Shown here: in pieces, positions 9,150 through 19,670 of the stretch
Layout: each line of letters starts with the position of its first letter
Numbering within the stretch: position 1 is the first letter of the stretch
Notes under the pieces: model-generated
The model's input: only the letters and a program-made list of their open reading frames with translations
Databases searched by the model: none
What the model was told of the DNA's origin: nothing
Source of the DNA: an uncultured bacterium
Lineage (GTDB): Bacteria > Auribacterota > Erginobacteria > Erginobacterales > Erginobacteraceae
NCBI GenBank assembly: GCA_963822585.1
Contig: CAWGIE010000033.1
Coordinates: forward strand, 64,001 to 128,000
Direction of reading: 5' to 3'
Length of the DNA: 64,000 bases
Program-made: the position numbers and the translations under genes

Positions 9150-10683
9150 GTACTCCCTGAACAAAACTCGGCACTCTCCACTCAGGCAACGTTCTGAAGT
9201 GCCTGAAGTTACAAAACTACTCGCCGCCATCGAAATCGAAATGAGCTATTCGTGGTCAAGGCTTTAAAGATTTGTTATACAAATATAATATCTTTATATG
9301 AGCTGAGCATTTTTTTAGGGGGGATGGTGCGAACGGGGTATTGAACGCTGACCAGCGGGATACCTCTTCGATCAGGATTTCTTTCATCTGGTTGTAGTTG
9401 CGGAATGTACGCGGATTATAGGTATTCAGAGCGAGAATTTTGGCCTTCAGGAAATACTCCGGCCAGCTCCGGTTTCCCCAATTCTTGATACAACTGGCCG
9501 ATTTCTTTATGGACCTGTGGTGAATAAGGCAAGAATTCAATCGCTTCTTGGTACACCTCCAGGGCGGCTTGATAATTCCCTGTCTTTTATAGCACAACGC
9601 GAGAATACCGCTGGCCAGCTATTGGCCGGGTTTATTGCGATTGCTTCCACGGATACTTTTTCAGCTTCAGGAAAGTTCTTAGTTTCCAGTAACACCATCC
9701 CAGGGCAGCCAGCGCTTCATCGTTAGACGGATTTATTTCGAGAGCGTGCCGCAGCTTTTCCGCGGCCGGGCCCCATTTATGTTCATTCATGAAAGAGAGT
9801 GCTGATATCACCCAGGCTTCATCTTGGCGGGATTGACTTTCAGGACCTTCCGGCAGAGTTCCAATGTCGTTTTATGGCTTTGTTGATTCAGATAATATCT
9901 TGCCAATCCGAGATTCGCCTCACCATTTTCGGGATCGATGGCAACGGCCTTATTAAACATTTCCAGAGCTTCTTCGTACCAGTCGCGGTCGAGATACTTT
10001 GCCCCAGTTCTATATAAACTCCGGCATCCCGCGGATTGTTTTTCAGTTTGTTTTGAAGATTTGCTTCCGCATCATAGTCATAATCATCGTCCCCGGCATT
10101 GAAATTTTTTGCCGCGGTTACGCCTTCTTCCGCCGGAGGCGGCTGCCCGAGAATTCCTTTTTCTCTCAAGGTGAGCAAGCCGTTCTCCCAGATATACCGG
10201 GCCATCTTCCCTGTTCTCAAATTCCCGAGAAAACGCTCCAGGCCCCCCGATTGCTCATCATCTTGATACAGTCCCGGTTCGTCGCCCATCCCATCGTTGA
10301 TCCCCATCATGGCGATCACCATGTCCGGTGTGTATCCATCCAGCCATCCCTCCAACCTCTTCAGGATGAAGGCGGTACTGCATCCCGGTTCCGTTTTGAA
10401 CAACGACCATCATGGACTTCCATTGAGGCAATACCGGTAATTGCGGATAACGAATACGTCATGCAATATTGCTTCAAAACATGATCCGGAATTCGCTCTT
10501 CCGGCAGCCGAGCCTGATTGGCCGATCCGCCAATATAATACGAAAACACCCCCCAGGCGCAAACCGATCTCGAGAACCATTACCGCTAAAATCAATGAGC
10601 CGATGATACACACTATTATTTTTCTGGAGGAGGGAAAAATAATACCGATAGAGATAAGCAGACTAGGGGTGCGACAAGGTCAT
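9150..10683 (-). pseudogene. Fragmented SGNH+TPR protein, paralog of 52061-53644 (pseudogene or low-quality sequence); boundaries approximate
   Basis: Fragments in several frames match the paralog: VLEIGLRLGG, PGCSTAFI, YTPDMVIAMMGIND, NTYNPRTFRNY; many stops and frameshifts. Confidence 0.6.
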
Positions 10684-10734
10684 AATTTGCCGGCGAGAAC
10701 TATAACGAACCTACTCTTTTTTTTTTGCGCTTTT

Positions 10735-11511
10735 TTACGGCAAAGATCTTTTCCGGTTCAGACGGGACCGGATCGGGCGGGCCGGGATGCCCACCGCCAC
10801 CGCGTATTCACCGATATCGCGGTGGACAACGGCCCCGGCCCCGATGACCGCCCCTTTTCCGATGGTAACGCCCCCGAGGATAACGGCATGGGTTCCGATC
10901 CAGACATCCTCCCCGATCACAATCCGGCTGGGAGCTCGTCCCTGGAAACGCATCGGCCGGTCGGTATCGTCAAAGACATGGGTTCCCCCGATGATCTCCA
11001 CCTGGTTGGCGATCAGGGTGTCGCGCCCGATCTCGATATCGCCGTAGCCGTAGATGAATGAACCCGAACCGATATTAACCTTCTCCCCCACCGTTATCTT
11101 ACCTCCCTGGGTCCGGACGATGACCCCCCGCGAGACATGGCTGTCCGTCCCGATCACGACCGGTCCCGCTCCGGGGCCGACATCGAAAAAACTTCCTTCC
11201 CCCAGAAAAACCCTCTCGCCGAGCCGGAGGCCGCCGGGATTGAAGAAACGGACGTTTTTCTCAATGAAACACTTCCTGCCCAGATCTCCGAAAAGCAGGC
11301 GGTAGAGATAACCCCTGGCCAGGCAGCCGGCGATTGTCGGGAAACAGGAAAAGATCGTCAACAGCAGACCCTGGCCGAAGAACCGCGCCAGAGATCGACT
11401 CCCATAGACCTTTTCCCGATACAGGCGGAAACTCTCTTTCCACCCGTCCGGAGGGATTGTTCCTTCACCGTCATATCCGACCATGGGGATACTCCTCTTC
11501 AAGCCATTCAA
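10735..11511 (-). CDS. Hexapeptide-repeat (LbH) O-acyltransferase
   Basis: IVIGEDVWIGTHAVILGGVTIGKGAVIGAGAVVHRDI...VGIPARPI. Confidence 0.9.
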   Translation of the reverse strand: MNGLKRSIPMVGYDGEGTIPPDGWKESFRLYREKVYGSRSLARFFGQGLLLTIFSCFPTIAGCLARGYLYRLLFGDLGRKCFIEKNVRFFNPGGLRLGERVFLGEGSFFDVGPGAGPVVIGTDSHVSRGVIVRTQGGKITVGEKVNIGSGSFIYGYGDIEIGRDTLIANQVEIIGGTHVFDDTDRPMRFQGRAPSRIVIGEDVWIGTHAVILGGVTIGKGAVIGAGAVVHRDIGEYAVAVGIPARPIRSRLNRKRSLP

Positions 11512-11554
11512 TAGATCAGGCTGCAGGTATTTTAATTATTAAAAACGACAACAA

Positions 11555-11637
11555 GGAGTGATGGAGTGTTGGAATGATGGTGTAATGGAGCACGAGGCAC
11601 CTCATCACTCCATCACTCCAACACTCCACTATTCCAT
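11555..11637. repeat. GGAGTGAT-type 8-bp-period inverted-repeat element
   Basis: GGAGTGATGGAGTGTTGGAATGATGG ... CATCACTCCATCACTCCAACACTCCA; second copy at 51969-52049. Confidence 0.85.
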
Positions 11638-11695
11638 GCTTCACCAAGGTACATTAACAGGTTTTCCCCCGACCGTATATAAGCCTATCACCCTG

Positions 11696-14343
11696 TCATT
11701 TCAACCTGAACGTCAGCCCGATACAGGCCAGTTCGGCCAGTACTCCCCAGACCCGGATAAAAATCGCGATGGCCGTCCCCAGGTAGAGATCGATCCCGAA
11801 GAGCGATTGGAGAAGAATCGCGATGCCGGCCTCCATGATCCCCAGGCCGGCGGGGAAGAAGCTGAACGTTCCCGCCACCCAGGTGAGGGCAACTACCCCG
11901 GTCAGGCTGATCCAGGCATATGCCGGAAGAGGCTCGTGATATACCGCCCGCAAAAGTATGTAGGCACCGACCCCTTTCACGATCCAGAGGACTCCCCAGT
12001 AGAGAACGATCAGGAGAATATCCCGGTATTTCAGCCTGACTTTCAGCTTGATATGCTCGAATTTATTCAGCACCCAGTTCAGCGCCGGACCGAAAAGCCG
12101 GGGATGAAGGCCGATCAGACCGAGCGGAACCAGCAGGACAAAATACCAGCTATCCCCTACTTTCTGGAGATTGGGCCATACCGGAAGGCTGAGGATCGTG
12201 ATCAGCACCCCGGAGACCACCATGATACTGAGCATGATGCCGATGCTGGCCAGGGTCATAACCCGGGGGACCCCCGCCTGTTTCGTCAATATGACTCTGC
12301 CCACAATGGTCCAGATCTTGCCCGGGAGGTACTTGCCGAGTTCGCTGACGAAATAAATCCGGAGAATCTTGAGGTGAGGCACCCGCTGTCCCATGATCCG
12401 GAGGATATAATTCCAGCCGATCGCCACCAGCAGGCCGCAAACAACCATTACAAAAAGCGAGAGAATCAAGAGAGGGATGTCGGGATCCCATGAGTATGAT
12501 ATCAACTTATGCCAGTTGTGGTAGAGGTTCTTCCCCAGAAAGAAACAGATTGCCGCCAGGATCAGAAACTGCGCCCCCCGGAGGAGCGGACTTTTCTTCC
12601 GGGTGGAAGATACCCGCTCGACGACCGGTTCCCGATGGGGCGACGCCTCGACCGACCCGGCAAAATCGATCCCGCCGGAACCGGGCCGGACGGTCTTCTT
12701 AATGACCGCCGGCCCGCTCCCCCCCAGGCGGGAGAGGATATCCTTGCCAAACGCGGGGGAAGGACGGGTGATCACATGGGCTCCGGCCCTGATTTCAAAG
12801 TCTTCGTTCACCCTCCGCGAAGCATCGTCTTCTCCGGTCATGATCTCATCTCTGATCACGACCGTGTCTTTTTCGAAGCGGAGGAGGCGCTTCAAAATCC
12901 AGGGGGAGGCCTCCCCGGAAACGGCGGAAAGTTGGAGCGATGACTGCTTCCGTCTCCTGATAAAGTCGACACCCTTCTTGATCAGGAGATATCCTCCCGG
13001 GACCGCGCTGATCAGCCTGAGGAGGAACCGGGCCGATGGATGCGGGAAAAAATACACCCCGGAACGGAAGGAAGCCGTTACCTCCAGGCCGCCGTCCGGC
13101 CGGTTATCGACCCTGTTATCAAGGGCAAGCCGGCAGGAATGCATGTTCTCGCCCAGGGAGGTGACGATCGTGTATCCCTGGTCATGATACCCGAGATCAT
13201 TATCCGGGTTTGACTGCGGATAGGGATATAGCTTGAGCAGGCCGCCCCGGGCCCCGCTGACGAGAGCGTAATAGGTCTCCGTCCGGACCGCCAGAATGGA
13301 GGCCTCGGGAAAATACCGGCGGAAGGGAAGGGAAGCGTAGGGAAGCAGGGGGAGGTCGTCCCGGAAGGACTCCGGATGCTCCCGCCAGCGATCATAGGCC
13401 AGCAGTCCGTTGTAGAGGTGATAGCAGCGGCTCAGGTCGTCCTGGGCCAGCTGGGTCAGAACATTGCTCCGGCACACCCCTTCCCGGAAGAGACGGGCGG
13501 CGGGGGGGGAGAACCGTCCCATGATGGCGGCGCCCAGAAGCGAGACATACGAGTTGCCGCAGAGATTGTATTCACGGCCGGTGGTGATGTCGGGATGGAC
13601 GAAATGCACCAGGAAATCCAGGGCGCGGGTGAGCGACGCCCGCAGCTCCGGATCGGGCTGAAAGAGATAACACTGGGCCAGGTATTCCAGGGTGAGGAAA
13701 GAGTACCCGGTATCGAGGCCGCCCAGTTCGGGAAACCAGCCCTCCCCGGTCTGCCGGCCAATGATCTTCTCCACCTTCTCCCGGGCTTCTACGGTCAGAT
13801 GCTCGTCTTTCAAGACCTCGGCCAGGCTGAAGAGGGCCGCCGCGCCCACCGCTTCGTGGTTGATCTTGCTCAGGTCGTCGTGGCGCCCCAGCCAGCGGGC
13901 GGCGCGGGAAAACGCCTCCAGGAGCAGCCCCCTCTCCTCATCCGAGAACTCATCCTCCAGCAGCCGGTACGCACGGGAAAGGGCGAAGGCGGAAAAAGCG
14001 GTAGCCGCGAATCCGTGCTCGCCCCGGTACCACTCGTCAAAGGAGCCGTCCCGGTGCTGACAGTTCACCCAGAAAAGCAGTCCCGCCCGGGCGGTTTCTC
14101 CGCACTGGAGAAGACCGGAGAGATGGTTCCCCGGGTAATCATTCCGGTAAAGGAGAGCCAGTGTGTAGGCCGCCTCCTGGCAGCGGACATTGACGAAGTC
14201 GCTGCTCTTGCTACGCCAGTACGGGTAAAAAAAACAGCCGTAGGTGGGGGAGTAACGATCCCGATCGGCGAGGTCCAGGAGGAGGGACGACTCATCCACT
14301 ATCTGCCGGATATACCTGTCTATCGTACGCCGTTTGAGATCAT
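11696..14343 (-). CDS. Fusion of a putative (alpha/alpha)-barrel domain with a C-terminal lysylphosphatidylglycerol-synthase-TM (flippase-like, UPF0104) domain
   Basis: N-part QHRDGSFDEWY, QTGEGWFPELGGLDTGY; C-part YFVSELGKYLPGKIW, FPAGLGIMEA with TM helices. ATG at 14343 (MISNGGTIDRY) joins the 14299 ORF if one G is restored. Confidence 0.65.
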
Positions 14344-14366
14344 GATGTGAACTTCGTAAATGATGT
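14313..14366. repeat. Degenerate direct repeat, left copy (includes the gene start)
   Basis: TACCTGTCTATCGTAC-GCCGTTTGA..CAT..ACTTCGTAAATG matches 27759-27820. Confidence 0.8.
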
Positions 14367-14429
14367 GACCGCGGATTTAGCGGATTATGCTGATTAAAAG
14401 AAAAAATTTAGCGCTTTGCATTAACTTTC

Positions 14430-14485
14430 GGTAGCCGCACCTTCAGGGTGCGCAATGGTGTGCCACCTAATACGGGGCGGCTACC
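14430..14485. repeat. GTAG-type REP-like palindrome
   Basis: GGTAGCCGCAC..GGTGCG ... GCGGCTACC. Confidence 0.5.
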
Positions 14486-14629
14486 ATTTAAATAACAGTT
14501 ATTGCAACTTCCAAGCAGTACATTAGCGCCTGGGGCGCTAATGTAGTTATGAACAAAGACTATTACGCTTCCATTTAAGCAATACCGATAATGTAGAATA
14601 TTCCTGCACTACTGCTTCAAAGCTTGCGT

Positions 14630-14679
14630 ATTCTTATTTCTTCTGCCCCGAATCATTATTCGGGGCAGAAAAAATAAGA
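14630..14679. repeat. Hairpin of the TCTTATTT...AAATAAGA family with a CCCCGA..TCGGGG core; possible bidirectional terminator
   Basis: TTCTGCCCCGAAT-CATT-ATTCGGGGCAGAA perfect stem; relatives at ~27936-27992 and 60842-60867. Confidence 0.55.
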
Positions 14680-15126
14680 TCATAGCAGAGAGGAGACGAG
14701 TTCTCAATAAAAACCGGCGGTCTATTTCACCGCTCTTATTATCAAAAGTCAGTCGCTCTCTCAGAGAAGAGCTGTCAGCTAATTAAACAGCATCTTTATT
14801 TGTGATACGGATTGCAGTATGTGATATATATAAGTAAGAAGAGTCTTTTCCCGGAAGCTGCCCCGGGAAAGGGTTCAAGCGACAAGCGGGCGAAGCAGCT
14901 TTAATTGATTGACTAGCATATTCTTACATAAACTTCCCGCATAATCGGAAAGATGCGCGATATCAATCAAGCCCCGTTGCCCCGGGTAAAAATCCGGGCC
15001 TCTTCCGCGGGGAATTTTCCAAAGAGAAATTAAAAAAGCTTGCTTTGATCTTCACTCGTTGATTAGTATGTCTATGTTTGCATCAATCCATAGCAACATT
15101 CAATTCTAACGAAGGAGAAGTACACG

Positions 15127-16689
15127 ATGATTAGAAGCACGATCATGATGGCGGGCGCGGCGATTATCACCGCCGCCCTGCTTGTAATGTCGCCCCCGGA
15201 AGCACCGGGAGCGATCGGGGATGTCGTCCATTGGATTCCTGCCAGTGGAACCAGCTGGGCCGGCGGCGGTATCACCTGGCGCGACGGTTATCTCTGGGAA
15301 CATGTCCGCGATGGTTCCCACCTCTACCAAAGAGACCCTTCGTCAGGCCAAACCGTAGGCTCGGTACCGGTAAGTAACGATCGAGGGGTGACCCTTGCCT
15401 GGGACAGCATCCGGGAGAACTGGTTGATGACCGAACCCTATCATAATAGAATCCTGCGGTTTCTCTCTACCGGGGGCAATGCCATCGGCAGTTATGACTT
15501 CGGCCTTTTCGAAAGCGGCCTCGCCTGTGACCGCTGGCTCGACCGGATCTGGGTCGGCGATAATCAATATAGCACCGGCAACACCCTTTCCAAGTGGTCC
15601 CCCGACGGCTGGCGGGACGGCCCTTTTATTGACCCTGGATTCACTGTCCAGGCAGTGACCGTGACCGGCAGCCATGTCTGGGTCTCGAATTTCACCGATG
15701 GCGGTCATAACAACTACATCTACCAGTTGAATAAGGCCGACGGCGCCCGCACCGGTGTTTCCTTCGGAACCCCGGGAGACGAACCGATCGGAGCGCTTTG
15801 TTTTGACGGCCAATATATCTGGGGTCTCGCCACCTCACAGGGCGTCATCTATCAGATCGATATCGGCATCACCCCCATACCTCCCACCCCGACCCCGACG
15901 CCGGCGTCGCTGATCCTGGACTCGGGGGACTATAACGGCGACTCCACCTCCGACATCGCCATCTTCCGGAAAAGCTCCGGCCTCTGGGCGGTCCGAGGGA
16001 TTACCCGGGCTTACTTCGGCGGAAGTTCCGATATCCCGGCCTCCGGCGACTTCAACGGCGACGGGACCACCGATCTGGCTCTCTTCCGCCCCGCTCCCGG
16101 TCTCTGGGCGGTCAAGGGGATCACCCGCTCCTACTTCGGCGGCAGTTCCGACATCCCGGCCCCCGGCGACTATGACGGCGACGCGACCTGCGACGCCGGG
16201 ATCTACCGGGGAAGTTCCGGGCTCTGGGCGGTCAAGGGGATCACCCGCTCCTACTTCGGCGGTTCCGGGGACCTCCCGGTTCCCGTTTACGGTGGCGCCG
16301 GCGAGAGCGCCAAGCATTTCGGTATCTTCCGGCCGAGCACCCGTCTCTGGGCGATCCGGGGCATCACGCGGACCTACTACGGAGGCAGCTCCGATCAGCC
16401 GGTCCCGGCCAACTACTCGGGCATACCGGACAGCATCGACATCGGGACCTTCCGGGGCTCCTCAGGCCTCTGGGCGATCAAGGACGTGACCCGGATCTAC
16501 TTCGGGGCGAGCAATGACTGGCCGGTGCCGGGCAACTTCACCGGCTTCATCCCGGCCGACACCGGGATCTTCCGGCCCGCTTCGGGTCTTTGGGCGATCC
16601 GGGGCGTGACCCGGGTCTACTTCGGCGGCAGCTCCGATCTCCCGGTCTCCGGCCTGGCCATCAATCCGTCCAGCGCCGCGATTCCCTGA
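15127..16689 (+). CDS. Secreted protein: signal peptide + beta-propeller (glutamine cyclotransferase/YncE-like) + PT linker + FG-GAP/VCBS-like repeat module
   Basis: SD AAGGAG; hydrophobic N-terminus; GITWRDGYLW, ALCFDGQYIW; PIPPTPTPTP; ~37-aa repeats GDYNGDxTxDIAIFRxxSGLWAVRGITRxYFG. Confidence 0.8.
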   Translation: MIRSTIMMAGAAIITAALLVMSPPEAPGAIGDVVHWIPASGTSWAGGGITWRDGYLWEHVRDGSHLYQRDPSSGQTVGSVPVSNDRGVTLAWDSIRENWLMTEPYHNRILRFLSTGGNAIGSYDFGLFESGLACDRWLDRIWVGDNQYSTGNTLSKWSPDGWRDGPFIDPGFTVQAVTVTGSHVWVSNFTDGGHNNYIYQLNKADGARTGVSFGTPGDEPIGALCFDGQYIWGLATSQGVIYQIDIGITPIPPTPTPTPASLILDSGDYNGDSTSDIAIFRKSSGLWAVRGITRAYFGGSSDIPASGDFNGDGTTDLALFRPAPGLWAVKGITRSYFGGSSDIPAPGDYDGDATCDAGIYRGSSGLWAVKGITRSYFGGSGDLPVPVYGGAGESAKHFGIFRPSTRLWAIRGITRTYYGGSSDQPVPANYSGIPDSIDIGTFRGSSGLWAIKDVTRIYFGASNDWPVPGNFTGFIPADTGIFRPASGLWAIRGVTRVYFGGSSDLPVSGLAINPSSAAIP

Positions 16690-16707
16690 GCGGCGGAACA
16701 GTGGAAA

Positions 16708-16740
16708 GGGACCCCCGCCCGGGACCGGGCGGGGGTCCTT
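16708..16740 (+). terminator. GC-rich hairpin, probable terminator or mRNA-stabilising stem
   Basis: GGACCCCCGCCC-GGGACC-GGGCGGGGGTCC about 20 nt after the stop; U-tract is short. Confidence 0.6.
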
Positions 16741-16829
16741 ACCATTGAGAACACATTCTCTGAAGACGTCTCCCGGATGGACCGGGTGACTCCGGTGATT
16801 CCCCCTTTTTATAGAAGGAGAAGCATCCT

Positions 16830-19197
16830 ATGCTGAAGAAGGCCCGGTTTTTACTCTGTGCCGGCATGGCATTTCTTTCCTTTTTACTGCTCCCCGTGGA
16901 ATCCCGGGGAGCGGTCGGCGATGTCGTTCATCAGATTAATGCCAGTGGAACCAGCTGGGCCGGCGGCGGGATCGCCTGGCGGGACGGTTATCTCTGGGAA
17001 CATGTCCGCGATGGTTCCCACCTCTACCAAAGAGACCCTTCGACGGGCCAAACCGTAGGCTCGGTGCCGGTAAGTAATGATAAAGGGGTGACCCTTGCCT
17101 GGGACAGCATCCGGAAGAACTGGTTGATGACCGAACCCTATCATAATAGAATCCTGCGGTTTCTCGCTACCGGAGGCAATGCCATCGGCAGTTATGACTT
17201 CGGCCTTTTCGAAAGCGGCCTCGCGTGCGACCGCTGGCTCGACCGGATCTGGGTCGGCGATAACCAGTTCAGTACCGGTAACACCCTCTCCAAGTGGTCC
17301 CCCGACGGCTGGCGGGACGGCAATTTTATTGACCCCGGATTCACTGTCCAGGGAGTGACCGTGACCGGCAGTCATGTCTGGGTCTCCAATTTCACCGAGG
17401 GTGGCCACGGAAACTACATCTACCAGATAGATAAGGCAACCGGCACCCGCACCGGGGTTGCATTCCAATCACCAAACGATGATCCGATCGCTGCCCTTAC
17501 TTTCGATGGCAGGTATCTCTGGGCATTAGGCATCCATAACGTGATCTATCAGATCGATATCGGCTATGTTACTCCCACCCCGGCCCCATCAGCCACACCG
17601 GTGGAAACCCCCACCCCGATCTCCCTTCAGATGCCGGTTTTGGACTCCGGCGATTACAATGGCGATGGGACTTCCGACATCGCCGTTTTCCGGGAGAAGA
17701 CCGGCTTCTGGGCGGTCCGGGGGATTACCCAGATCACCTTCGGCCGGAGCGGCGACGTTCCCGTCTCCGGAGACTACAATGGCGACGGGACTACCGATAT
17801 CGGCATCCGGCGCCCCAGCAGCTTGCTCTGGGCGGTGAAGGGGATCACCCGGGTCTATTTCGGGGGGCCCTCCGGATATATCCCAGTCCCCGGGGATTAT
17901 GACGGCGACGGCCGCTGCGACATCGCCCTCTTCAAGAACAGCTCCGCTCTCTGGCTTATCAGATCCATGACCCGCTTCCATTTCGGCCGGACGCGGAGAT
18001 TTCCCGGTGCCCGGCTATTTCACAGACGCCCGGATGAAGAACGTCGGAATCTTTCGGCCGTCAAACGGCCTCTGGGCGATCCGTAACTTCACCAAAACCA
18101 CCTTCGGGCGGTACGGCGACATCCCGGTCCCCGCGGATTACGACAGCGATCGCCTGGATGATATCGCCGTTTACCGGCCGTCGTTGAAACTGTGGGCGGT
18201 CAAAGGACTTACCCGGTTCTATTTCGGTTCCATCCTTTCCAGCAAACCGCAGCCGGGTGACTATCGGGGCGCCGGCACGGCAGATGCCGCCGACATACTG
18301 AGCAACCTCGGTCTCTGGAAGGTACGGGGCGTCTCCAAGCTCTATTTCGGCCGGCGGGGGGATTCCCCGGTTTCGGGGAGGACGCTCGGAAGATTGAACG
18401 GGAACCTCCCGAACCTTGATTCGGGCGATTATAACGGGGACGGGACATCGGAGATTGCCCTGTTCCGGGGGAGTACCGGCCTCTGGGCTATCCGGGGAAC
18501 CACCCGGTTCTTTTTCGGAGGGAGGGGAGACATCCCGGTCTCCGGCGACTACAACGGTGATGGGACCACCGACATCGGCATCTACCGCTGGAGAAATCAG
18601 CTCTGGTCGGTGAGACATATCACCCGGATTCACTTCGGCGACTCAGCCGGTTATACCCCGGTCCCCGGAGATTACAACGGCGACGGCACCTGCGACTTCG
18701 GCATTTTCGATGCCGGCAGTGGCTACTGGAAGCTGCGGATCCAGTTGTTTGTCCCCTTCACTTCCGAGTTTTATTATGGAGAGAAAGGAGATCTGCCCGT
18801 GCCCGGTTATTATACCGGGGGGTCGATCAAGCATGTCGCCTGTTATCGTCCCTCGACCGGGAGGTGGTCGATCCAGAACGTAACCTGGTTTTACTTCGGG
18901 AAAGCGGGGGACGTCCCGATCCCCGGCGATTACAACGGGGACGGGGTGACCGATTTGGGTATTTACCGGCCAAGCAGAAAACTCTGGTGGGTAAAAAATA
19001 TCACCCGGGTGTATTACGGTTTACCTGGCTACTGGCGGCCGGTGCCGGCTGATTACCGGGGCAACGGCAGCGCCGTGCTCGGCCTCTATCAAGATACCAC
19101 GGCCCGCTGGACGATCCGGGGGATGACCAAGACCTACTTCGGGAACCCCGGCGACCTACCGGTGACCGCCGGCAGTGACGCACACGCGGTGAAATAG
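16830..19197 (+). CDS. Secreted beta-propeller protein with two tandem FG-GAP/VCBS-like modules (frameshift near 18000)
   Basis: ORFs 16830-18086 and 18007-19197 join within a repeat; N-domain nearly identical to that of 15127; LDSGDYNGD occurs twice. Confidence 0.75.
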
Positions 19198-19362
19198 TCC
19201 CCGCCTCGGCCCCTTTGATAACCACCAAAGACACTAAGAAAACTATTGTTCCCCCAACCTCGGCCCCTTCGATAACCACCAAGACACTAAGACACCAAGA
19301 AACTATTGTTCCCCCGACCTCGCCCCTCTTCGATAACCACCAAGACACTAAGACACCAAGAG
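19198..19362. repeat. Three tandem copies of a ~52-61-bp unit containing GACACTAAGACACCAAG
   Basis: CCTCGGCCCCTTCGATAACCACCAAGACACTAAGACACCAAGAAACTATTGTTCCCC repeated with small variations; no unique spacers. Confidence 0.85.
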
Positions 19363-19635
19363 AAAATTCGAAATTCGAAATTCGAAGCTCGAAGTTCGAC
19401 GTTTTTAACCCGAGATGACCGAAGGTTATTTTTCGGGTCGGCGTTGAGTGTTGGATGGTGAAAGTTGAACGTTCAGCCTCCCCTCCGTGATCACCTCTCC
19501 CCTCGGGGGAGCGGTCGGCCGTTCCGAAGGAACGGCCGGGTGAGGGGGTCTTAATTTTAGGCACGTTTTCCGGTTCGGCCTTCGTCATTCGGATTTCGTC
19601 ATTCGGATTTCATCATTATCCAATACCCCCCTCTC

Positions 19636-19664
19636 TTGACACCCCCCAAAAATAGTCGTACTAT
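19636..19664 (+). promoter_or_regulatory. Sigma70-type promoter, probably for a leaderless mRNA
   Basis: TTGACA(19636-41)-17 bp-TACTAT(19659-64); ATG at 19671 after a 6-nt gap; no SD. Confidence 0.7.
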
Positions 19665-19670
19665 TCCTCC

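Noticed and set aside
19198..19362. Possible CRISPR array
   Set aside because: Units are contiguous tandem copies without unique spacers; no cas genes.
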